From positions 1 through 20,604 of the forward strand of contig DASXQR010000190.1 in the NCBI GenBank assembly GCA_036507075.1: a stretch of DNA of 20,604 nucleotides, given 5' to 3'. The notes under the pieces are model-generated. The model was not told the DNA's origin. It saw nothing but the letters and a program-made list of their open reading frames with translations, and did not search any database. The DNA comes from Acidobacteriota bacterium. Lineage in GTDB: Bacteria > Acidobacteriota > UBA6911 > JACQSX01. Position numbers and translations under genes: made by a program. Below, piece by piece: positions 8,646-16,078 of the stretch. The stretch's first letter is position 1. Each line of letters opens with the position of its first letter.

Positions 8646-8991
8646 TTCTCAACCTCAATAAAAAGTTTTTGTCATGCCGGAACTTCCTCTCCCCTGAAAA
8701 GGGTTCGCTGCAAAAAAGCTTCGCCCCATCGGAGTCTTCCAGGGTGATGGCAGGGCAGGAGCGGAGAAAACAAGAAACCGGCGGAAATGAGAGTTAGAAG
8801 TCTTGTTTTTTAAGACGTTAGGTCAAGGAACGCATCCGGTGCATACCTTATCCCGACATTTTTTGCATCCCTCCTTTCGGAACGCACTCGATCTCCAACC
8901 CTCATATTCATCCTAGCATCGTTCGACAATTAGGGAAGAGGAGGACCGGCATTCCCAAAATCCGAGTAAAAATCTTTGGGGTGAAAACTGA

Positions 8992-9008
8992 TACGCGAAT
9001 TTACGCAA
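8992..9008. repeat. Copy 2 of 17-bp repeat TACGCGAATTTAyGCAA
   Basis: TACGCGAATTTACGCAA, lying in the divergent intergenic region between the LPQTA gene and the porin. Confidence 0.6.
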
Positions 9009-9038
9009 TTTGAGCAGCCTATAGCCCGTGGCTCTGAC

Positions 9039-9082
9039 ATTGGAAATAGCTATTTGACGCTCGCGCATGATCTACATATAAG
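9039..9082 (+). promoter_or_regulatory. Sigma70-type promoter of the porin with an abutting T-N11-A (LysR-type) box
   Basis: TTGACG (9054-9059), 17-bp spacer, TATAAG (9077-9082). ATTGGAAATAGCTAT (9039-9053) ends immediately before the -35. Confidence 0.55.
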
Positions 9083-9117
9083 CACTGCTTTTGGTCATAA
9101 CGAAAGCGAGCGGACAG

Positions 9118-10563
9118 ATGAAGAAAATCATGAGCGTTGGGCTGGTTTTTTGCATGTGCGAGTTCCTGGGTTTCGCTGGTGAACCCAATAAACAAACTGA
9201 CTCCGCTGAGCTGTCGGCGCTTCGGCAGCGTGTGGAGGAATTAGAAAATCAAAACAGGAAGATGCTGCAACTGGTGATCGAGATTCAGAGGCGCCTCGAC
9301 AACGCTTCAGTCGGTGTTGGCTCTACTATGCCGTCTGCAGCCAGTTTGCAGAGCAGCGAGAAAGTGGCCCTGGAGCCTGCTGCCCTTCATGCAGACTCAA
9401 AACCGGCCTCCCCGGGTATGCAGGCAGACGAAGCGGCGCGCAATAAACAGCCGGTGCTCTGGTCGGAACTTCTTGATCCGGAAAGTCGAATCAAGTTTTA
9501 CGGGTTTCTCCGCGTGGATTTCGATCTCGACAGCCAGCGGCCCAATGCAGCTCAGAATCCGCTTTTCATCCTCTCACCGGATCCCAGGGGAGGCGCCGAC
9601 GCCGGGAACTTTTCCATGCATCCAAGGTTGACTCGTTTTGGCGTCGATTATATCGGGTCAAAGGTCAGCGGCTTGAATGACGGAAAGCTTTCGGGAAAGA
9701 TGGAACTGGACTTTCAAAACGGAGGATCCGAGTCACGCCAGATCATCCGCATTCGGCACGCCTACTTCAAAATGAATTGGAGGGACTTCTCCATTCTGGG
9801 AGGCCAGACCTGGGATACTTTCAGTCCGCTGTTTCCCACCCCGAATGACGACACTGTGATGTGGTGGGTGGGGAATGTGGGAGACCGCCGGCCGCAGTTC
9901 CGCGCGGCCTACGAGCCAAAAACAGAACAAGGTCAGTGGTCCTTCCGCAGCAGCCTGGGGTTGACGGGAGCGGTGGATCCGCAGGATCTGGATCAGGACG
10001 GATTTCGAGATGGGGAAGTCTCCCGGCGCCCAAACGTACAGGCTCGAGTAGGATATTCTCAAAAACTATGGGCCCGGAGCGCGGCGTCTTCTTTCGGCCT
10101 CTCCGGATTTTACGGATGGTTGGAGACTGTAAAACCCGTTGCCGGACGGACCGATTTTCATATTCAAGGATTGAATTTTGACTACACACTGCCGTTTAGC
10201 GACCGTGTTGCGCTCGCAGGCGAGAACTGGTGGGGTCGCAACATGGGCGATTTTCGCGGGGGAGCGGGGCAGGGAATCGTCAGCGGTCACGAAGTGAGAG
10301 GCCGCGGAGGATGGTCAGAGTTGAAACTGGGGCTTTCACGCTACTGGTCGGTGAATACGGGCATCAGCATCGACGATCCGGTCGACGGAGATCTTCCCAA
10401 CGGGGGTCGGGTGCGAAACAGAGCCGTCTACATCGCAAATCGGATCACCCCCGGCGCGAAGTTTCTCATTGGCTTCGATTATCTAAGGTGGAAGACAAAC
10501 TACAAAGGATTGCAGCCCGGAATCGACAATAGATTCAATTTATTTTTCCAATACGGTTATTGA
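9118..10563 (+). CDS. Outer-membrane beta-barrel porin, DcaP-like
   Basis: ATG 9118 gives MKK plus a hydrophobic signal peptide. N-terminal coiled coil (LSALRQRVEELENQ), IKFYGFLRVD, TRFGVD, GKMELDF, RIRHAY, GQTWDTF, RRPQFR, and a C-terminal aromatic beta-signal (FFQYGY). Confidence 0.78.
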   Translation: MKKIMSVGLVFCMCEFLGFAGEPNKQTDSAELSALRQRVEELENQNRKMLQLVIEIQRRLDNASVGVGSTMPSAASLQSSEKVALEPAALHADSKPASPGMQADEAARNKQPVLWSELLDPESRIKFYGFLRVDFDLDSQRPNAAQNPLFILSPDPRGGADAGNFSMHPRLTRFGVDYIGSKVSGLNDGKLSGKMELDFQNGGSESRQIIRIRHAYFKMNWRDFSILGGQTWDTFSPLFPTPNDDTVMWWVGNVGDRRPQFRAAYEPKTEQGQWSFRSSLGLTGAVDPQDLDQDGFRDGEVSRRPNVQARVGYSQKLWARSAASSFGLSGFYGWLETVKPVAGRTDFHIQGLNFDYTLPFSDRVALAGENWWGRNMGDFRGGAGQGIVSGHEVRGRGGWSELKLGLSRYWSVNTGISIDDPVDGDLPNGGRVRNRAVYIANRITPGAKFLIGFDYLRWKTNYKGLQPGIDNRFNLFFQYGY

Positions 10564-10580
10564 AAGTCAGACGAGGCCTC

Positions 10581-11612
10581 TTAGCGCTCTCGACCCGCAG
10601 GTGCGGAGACCGCCTCGTTCAAATCGCGATACGCAAATGTAGCTTTAACACCTGATACCGCTTTTCCGTCCGCCTCAACGTAGGGATAAATGAAGTAGTT
10701 GAGAGGCTCTCCCTTCTGTCTTGGCTTTAAAACCAGATCCCGGCCCACGGAAAGCTGGACGCGATTCTCATCGTGCGCGCCGAAGAAGTAATCGCGCTTT
10801 TCCGGATGTTTGAAAGCTTCGCTGGCGTCAACGGGCACCCAGCCGTATCCTTTCACGTATAGCTCCGCCCAGCAGTGATAACCGGCTATCTCGCCCTCAC
10901 CTCGTTTTTCAGGAAGCGGCAAGCCGATGGAAAACCGCGCCGGAATTCCGACTGCGCGCCCAAACCCTGTGATCAGCGCGTGAAAATCCGTGCAGTTGCC
11001 GCGCCGCTGGTCACAAACATACAGCAAATCTCCTCTACCCCAGCCGGTTCCGCTCTTGTCATACTTGACGTTGCTGACGGCATAATCGTAAATCGCCCGG
11101 GCCTTTTCAACGTCGGTCTTCTTTTCTCCGACGACCTGCAGCGCCCACTGGCGGACCTGCTGCGTCTCGGGCACAAGGCGTTCGGGCTTCAAGAATTGTC
11201 TCACCTGGCTGTCAGGTGCCGCCGGCCCGCCCGGATCTCTGCGCACGTTTTCGCGCCGCAGGGTAATGAACCTTAGCGTTATTTCCAGAGGCGCAGCCGG
11301 CCGCTCGATCGACGTATGCAGGATCTTGTTGCCGAACATCGATTCGGTGCCTACCGTTGTTCTGGAGGGTGAGTCCACGCGCACATTAGTGATTTCCTGA
11401 TTTGCATCGGACTGAGGGTAGGGTATCCAGACTTCAAGTCGTTTCGTATTCGGGGGAATTTCGGTAATGACGGCCCGGTATGTTAGTTCAAACGCCCGCG
11501 TTTTCAAAGGAGCGTTGGAGCCGGCCAGAGCGAACGCTGCAGCAGCGACGAATGGAATTGCGAGCAGGCCGGGTTTGGACATCCAAAAGGATCTGGAGCA
11601 AAAAGAGTTCAT
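10581..11612 (-). CDS. Exported transglutaminase-like (cysteine protease fold) protein
   Basis: Cys-His-Asp triad in GNCTDFH, GYHCWAELY, GWVPVD, plus a hydrophobic signal peptide. ATG 11612 has a GGAG SD and is preferred over GTG 11666. Confidence 0.88.
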   Translation of the reverse strand: MNSFCSRSFWMSKPGLLAIPFVAAAAFALAGSNAPLKTRAFELTYRAVITEIPPNTKRLEVWIPYPQSDANQEITNVRVDSPSRTTVGTESMFGNKILHTSIERPAAPLEITLRFITLRRENVRRDPGGPAAPDSQVRQFLKPERLVPETQQVRQWALQVVGEKKTDVEKARAIYDYAVSNVKYDKSGTGWGRGDLLYVCDQRRGNCTDFHALITGFGRAVGIPARFSIGLPLPEKRGEGEIAGYHCWAELYVKGYGWVPVDASEAFKHPEKRDYFFGAHDENRVQLSVGRDLVLKPRQKGEPLNYFIYPYVEADGKAVSGVKATFAYRDLNEAVSAPAGRER

Positions 11613-11685
11613 GCGCAAAGCTCCGGTCTTTTCAAAGGGCATTTCAGTATCTCCGTAAACATCCACGGTATCGAAGCGCCGGCGA

Positions 11686-11709
11686 CTGTTTCCAATATGT
11701 AATTCCTAT
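11686..11709 (-). promoter_or_regulatory. Candidate LysR-type box upstream of the transglutaminase gene
   Basis: ATA-N9-TAT (T-N11-A) at 11695-11709, overlapping ATTGGAAACAG, which matches ATTGGAAATAG in the porin promoter at 10/11. Confidence 0.4.
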
Positions 11710-11724
11710 GGGTGTGCTGTGAGG

Positions 11725-12642
11725 CTATTGGGAAATCTCCGAAAGGCTCCACCGGGTGTCCCGCAGCGCATATTCAAGGAATTTTTCTGCGATGGGCGAA
11801 AGGGTGAGCTGCCGGTTTGTCACCACGTAGAAATCGCGTTTGAGAGGAGGGATATTGCGGATCTGGATTCTTCTTAAGAGACCATTTTTGATCTCCGCTT
11901 CGACGGCGCGCACAGAAACGACGGAGACACCCAAGCCCACTTTGAGCGCCTCCCGTATAGATCCGGTCGAGCCAAAGCGCGCCACCACGTTGAACTGGTC
12001 CATGGACAGCCCCACTTTTGTCTCGAAGGTGCGCCGAGTGCCGGAGCCTTTCTCCCGGGCGAGAAAAGGCCTGGTCCGTAATTCCTCCAGCGTGATAGAG
12101 CGCAGGCGTCGCCATTCACCGGTGTTGGGCGCAATCAAAGCCATCTCGTCTGTGGCAAAGTTTTGGTATTGCAGGCCCACGGTGTCCAGCTTGGCGCCTG
12201 CAAATCCGAGCTCCGCATCCCCATTTAGTACCGCAAAGCCGACCTGTTCGGAGTCGGAGATCTTCAACTGAAGCCGCACGGCCGAATAATCGTCATGAAA
12301 CGCAGCCATCAAGCGCGGCAGCAAAACCTCACCGGGAATTGTGCTGGCAGCAATTTCCAGCGAGCCGTCGAGCCTGTTAAGGAACTGCTTCAGTTCCTGG
12401 ATGGCCGCTTCCTTTTGATTCAAGATGGACTGCCCGTGGCGATAAAGCAGCCGGCCCGCCTGCGTGGGCACGACCTTTCGCGGCATCCTGTCAAAAAGCG
12501 TCGTCCCGAGATAGCTTTCCAGATTTTTTATATGGCCGCTGATAGTGGGTTGGGAAAGGCGCAGCTTGCGAGCGGCGCCGGAAAAACTTCCCTGCACGTA
12601 CACATGGCAAAAAATTTCGAGAAGTCCGAGATCCAAACGCAT
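11725..12642 (-). CDS. LysR family transcriptional regulator (CysL-like; resembles the selenium-metabolism-associated LysR group)
   Basis: HTH SFSGAARKLRLSQPTISGHIKNLE, LFDR, PTQAG. Effector domain with ASTIPGE..LP and REKGSGTR, typical of the CysL-like subgroup. Start is ATG 12642 or 12648, not 12810. Confidence 0.92.
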   Translation of the reverse strand: MRLDLGLLEIFCHVYVQGSFSGAARKLRLSQPTISGHIKNLESYLGTTLFDRMPRKVVPTQAGRLLYRHGQSILNQKEAAIQELKQFLNRLDGSLEIAASTIPGEVLLPRLMAAFHDDYSAVRLQLKISDSEQVGFAVLNGDAELGFAGAKLDTVGLQYQNFATDEMALIAPNTGEWRRLRSITLEELRTRPFLAREKGSGTRRTFETKVGLSMDQFNVVARFGSTGSIREALKVGLGVSVVSVRAVEAEIKNGLLRRIQIRNIPPLKRDFYVVTNRQLTLSPIAEKFLEYALRDTRWSLSEISQ

Positions 12643-12667
12643 TGTCATCCTGCTGATCGTGAACGGC

Positions 12668-12676
12668 ATTCTAACA
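12668..12676 (-). promoter_or_regulatory. Extended -10 promoter for the lysR gene
   Basis: Minus strand reads TG-T-TAGAAT about 20-25 nt before the probable start codons. Confidence 0.4.
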
Positions 12677-12728
12677 TTTTTGAACCGCTTGTGATTTTCA
12701 TTTTGCCCGCTGTAGTATTCGAAGCGAA

Positions 12729-13487
12729 GTGATCGGCAACCGCTGGGATCCGTCCTTGTATGACCAGAGTCACTCGTTCGTTTTCGAACGCGGGCTCGAG
12801 GTGGTCTCACTGCTTGATCCTCGTCCGGGAGAGCGCATTCTGGACGTCGGCTGCGGTACGGGCCACCTCACCCACCAAATCTCAAAAGCCGGCGCAAGAG
12901 TGGTTGGACTGGATCATTCTCCGGCAATGCTGGCCGCGGCGCGCGCACATTATCCGGATCTGGAGCTTATTCAGGGAGACGCGTCGAATTTCTCCTTTAC
13001 CGGACATTTTGATGCGGTGTTTTCCAATGCCGTGCTTCACTGGGTGCGCGACGCGGATCGTGCCGCAGCCTGCATTGCGGCCGTTCTGAATGCGGGCGCC
13101 CGATTTGTGGCCGAATTCGGCGCCAAGGGAAACGTGGACCGGATTCATACCGCCTTGGAGGAAAGCGTTTATGAGTTTTCGGGTGTTCGGGTAGGACATG
13201 GAAGGTACTTTCCCTCTATTCCCGAGTATGCATCGCTGCTGGAGAAGCAGGGGCTCGAGGTCACCAGCGCAATTCTTTTTGATCGAATAACGCCGCTCAG
13301 TGAGGGAGAACAGGGACTGCGCAACTGGGTAAGGATGTTCGGTGAAAACATGCTGCGCGGACTCTCCAATGAAGTGCGCCAGTCCGTGACTCAAAGAGTG
13401 GAGCAAAAGCTGCGGCCTGTTTTGTTTCAAGATGGTTGCTGGTATGCCGATTACCGCCGGCTGCGCATCGTGGCATACAAGAGATAG
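12729..13487 (+). CDS. Class I SAM-dependent methyltransferase (trans-aconitate methyltransferase-like)
   Basis: WDPSLY N-terminus, ILDVGCGTG motif I, FDAVFSNAVLHW, C-terminal ADYRRLR. GTG start, divergent from lysR. Confidence 0.9.
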   Translation: MIGNRWDPSLYDQSHSFVFERGLEVVSLLDPRPGERILDVGCGTGHLTHQISKAGARVVGLDHSPAMLAAARAHYPDLELIQGDASNFSFTGHFDAVFSNAVLHWVRDADRAAACIAAVLNAGARFVAEFGAKGNVDRIHTALEESVYEFSGVRVGHGRYFPSIPEYASLLEKQGLEVTSAILFDRITPLSEGEQGLRNWVRMFGENMLRGLSNEVRQSVTQRVEQKLRPVLFQDGCWYADYRRLRIVAYKR

Positions 13488-13494
13488 AAAAATT

Positions 13495-13568
13495 GCAGGG
13501 GCGGCCTGACCCGGTCACCCCGATTCGTCGATTTGACTTGAGGCGGCCGCGCGGGCGGCCGACCCCAC
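13495..13568. repeat. Degenerate inverted REP pair (GTAG-type remnant)
   Basis: GCAGGGGCGGCC...GGTCACCCC (13495-13521) and GAGGCGGCCG...CGGCCGACCCCAC (13540-13568) face each other just after the methyltransferase stop. Confidence 0.45.
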
Positions 13569-13648
13569 AATTTTTTCGCTGTGACACGCACGGCTTTCCC
13601 TGCCTCATTCCCCACAGAATTCGATGCTATTGTTAATCTGGAGTGTCA

Positions 13649-16078
13649 ATGGTTTACTTCCGAGGAGCCGGCAAAAGGCTCTTGCCGTCACAAGTGGCTT
13701 TCATTCTGCTTGTGGCGGTTCTTCTTCACTCAGCCCGGATTCGAAATTCGTCGGCTCGGGGAGGCCCTGAGGCGGGGCGGCTGGCCGCCTTTGCCGAACT
13801 GCCTCTACTCTTTGAGGCAAATCACGGGCAGACAGACAGCCGGTTCAATTATCTTTGTCGCCTCGGCGAGATCACCGCTTTCTTCAAATCCGGAGAGATA
13901 GTGCTTCGGCCGGACGGAAATAGTCGACGTTCCGGGAAAGCCCCTCTTCTTCGGATGAAACTGGAGGGTGCAGATAATAACTCCAAACCGGAAGGGTTGG
14001 AACCGCAGCCGGCGAAGAGTCATTACTTCATCGGTAATGATCCTTCCGGATGGCTCACTGAAATTCCCCACTACATGATGGTCCGATACACGAATGTTTA
14101 TCCCGGTATCGATCTGGTGGTGCGCGGCAATCCGCAAAATCTCGAATATGATTTCATCGTCAGGCCGGGCGCAAACCCGAACAGGATTCGCTGGAAGATT
14201 GCGGGAGCAGAGCGCGTGGCGCTGGACGCCAGCGGAGATCTTCGCATCGCAATCGTGGGACAGGAAATCGTGCAGCGAGCACCAGACATCTATCAAAGGA
14301 TTTCCGAACGCGCGGTTGAAGTGCGCGGAGGCTTCTATCTGCGCGACGATCAGGTTGGCTTCCACGTCGAGTCCTATGATTACGCGCAGCCACTGATTAT
14401 CGATCCTGTAATCGTTTATTCCACTTACCTGGGAGGAAACGGCCGCGAGGACAGCAGCGGCATTGCTGTCGACGGATCGAAGAATGTCTACGTGACCGGG
14501 ACTACAAATTCGCTCAGCCTGCAGCCGGCTTCACCCAACAGCGTGCTTGTGTCCACTGATGTCTTTGTCGCAAAGCTGAACCCGTCGGGCTCTTCCCTGG
14601 TTTATGTTGCTTACATCGGAGGCGATCAGGCCGACGTCGCCGCGGGGATTGCGGTGGACGATCTGGGAAGCGCCTACGTCGCGGGTCGCGCGAACTCTTC
14701 GAATTTTCCGGTCACACCGGGCGCATTTCAGACCAGATTCGGCGGAACTGCCGATGCCTTCGTGGCAAGACTCAACCCCTCGGGTTCGGCACTGGAATAT
14801 TGCACGCTTCTTGGAGGCAGCACCGGCATTGGTTATGATTCTGCCGAAGACATCGCGGTTGATTCGCTGGGCGAAGCCTGCGTCGTAGGATCGACCGAAT
14901 CGGACAATTTCCCCACGCGCAATCCCTTTCAAGCCGGTAGAAATTTCAGCCGGGATGCTTTTGTGACAAAGTTGAACGCTGCCGGCTCAGGGTTGATTTT
15001 CTCGACTTACCTCGGTGGCGGACCGTCACCGGGAGAAGCCGCCTATGCTGTGGCGGTCGATTCGGCGGGCAGCGTTTACGTCACTGGCCAGACTGCAGCC
15101 GTCGATTTCCCGACCACCGCGGGCGCCTTGCAGCCTGCTTTTCGTGGCGTGTGTGTAAAAGATGGAGATCCTGTTCCCTGCGCTGACGCCTTTGTCGCCA
15201 AGTTCAGTCCGCTGGGCATATTGATCTATTCCACATACCTGGGTGGAGCGGGAGAGGAAAAGGGAACCGGAATCGCTGTCGACGGCCAGGGGAACTCGTA
15301 TGTGGCGGGATCCACCGCCTCGACAAATTTCCCGCTGGTTACACCCATTCAGGCGGTGAATGCCGGAACGACGGATGTTTTTATCAGCAAGGTCAACCCA
15401 TCGGGGTCGGCTCTGATTTACTCGACGCTTCTGGGCGGCGGCAACACTGAAGACAATGTGAGAGTGGCTATCGACTCGAAAACCAATGCTTACCTGGTAG
15501 GGGTCACCCGGTCGCAGGGATTTCCCTTGTCGGATCCCGTGCAAAGCGCTTTTGGGGGTATTCGCGAAATTTTCTTGTCAAAGGTAGACCGCTCGGGAAC
15601 CACTCTCGGGTATTCCACTTTCCTGGGTGGGTCCGGAAATGAACGCTTTCCTCGAGTGGCTGTCGATTTCGTACCCAATGTATACGTGACGGGGGCAACT
15701 ACATCGGCCGATATCCCCCTGGTCAATCCGCTGCAGGCGAAAAACCGGGGAGGAACAGGAGATTTATTCGTCTACAAGATTTCAGAGATTGAACAGCCGG
15801 CCTGTGCGCTGGGGTGTTCTGCAAACGTCACCCCCGCTGTTCGCACCGGCCTTCCGGCGACCTTCACCGCTTCATCCGCTCCATCCCACTGTACAGATTC
15901 CGTTGAGTACGATTGGGACTTCGGCGACAGTTCGGTACATCAACCGGGACAAAGCGTGTCTCATGTGTACGCCGTCGCGGGAACCTACAACTGGAAGCTG
16001 ACGGTCCGCTCGGGCGAAGTTTCCTGCACCCGCACCGGAACCTTGCAGGCCTTTACCCCCCTTCGACGCAGGCCCTAG
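13649..16078 (+). CDS. Secreted SBBP-repeat beta-propeller protein with C-terminal PKD domain
   Basis: GGAG SD before ATG 13649 and a signal peptide. LPLLFEANHGQ...VYPGID...LEYDF...PLIIDP N-domain, seven (I/V)A(V/I)D..xx.Y(V/L)xG repeats with YSTYLGG, and PKD YDWDFGD...SHVY..AGTY. Confidence 0.9.
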   Translation: MVYFRGAGKRLLPSQVAFILLVAVLLHSARIRNSSARGGPEAGRLAAFAELPLLFEANHGQTDSRFNYLCRLGEITAFFKSGEIVLRPDGNSRRSGKAPLLRMKLEGADNNSKPEGLEPQPAKSHYFIGNDPSGWLTEIPHYMMVRYTNVYPGIDLVVRGNPQNLEYDFIVRPGANPNRIRWKIAGAERVALDASGDLRIAIVGQEIVQRAPDIYQRISERAVEVRGGFYLRDDQVGFHVESYDYAQPLIIDPVIVYSTYLGGNGREDSSGIAVDGSKNVYVTGTTNSLSLQPASPNSVLVSTDVFVAKLNPSGSSLVYVAYIGGDQADVAAGIAVDDLGSAYVAGRANSSNFPVTPGAFQTRFGGTADAFVARLNPSGSALEYCTLLGGSTGIGYDSAEDIAVDSLGEACVVGSTESDNFPTRNPFQAGRNFSRDAFVTKLNAAGSGLIFSTYLGGGPSPGEAAYAVAVDSAGSVYVTGQTAAVDFPTTAGALQPAFRGVCVKDGDPVPCADAFVAKFSPLGILIYSTYLGGAGEEKGTGIAVDGQGNSYVAGSTASTNFPLVTPIQAVNAGTTDVFISKVNPSGSALIYSTLLGGGNTEDNVRVAIDSKTNAYLVGVTRSQGFPLSDPVQSAFGGIREIFLSKVDRSGTTLGYSTFLGGSGNERFPRVAVDFVPNVYVTGATTSADIPLVNPLQAKNRGGTGDLFVYKISEIEQPACALGCSANVTPAVRTGLPATFTASSAPSHCTDSVEYDWDFGDSSVHQPGQSVSHVYAVAGTYNWKLTVRSGEVSCTRTGTLQAFTPLRRRP

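Noticed and set aside
8767..8809. Inverted repeat AAAACAAGA...TCTTGTTTT
   Set aside because: Low-complexity 9-bp arms with a long spacer; could be chance.
9118..12642. Selenocysteine (UGA) read-through near the LysR gene
   Set aside because: The porin, transglutaminase and LysR frames are uninterrupted. The TGA stops of the porin, the 345-aa gene and serS fall at natural C-termini.
12649..12810. N-terminal extension of LysR in the ORF track
   Set aside because: It overlaps the divergent methyltransferase and promoter region; the LysR HTH normally begins at the N-terminus.
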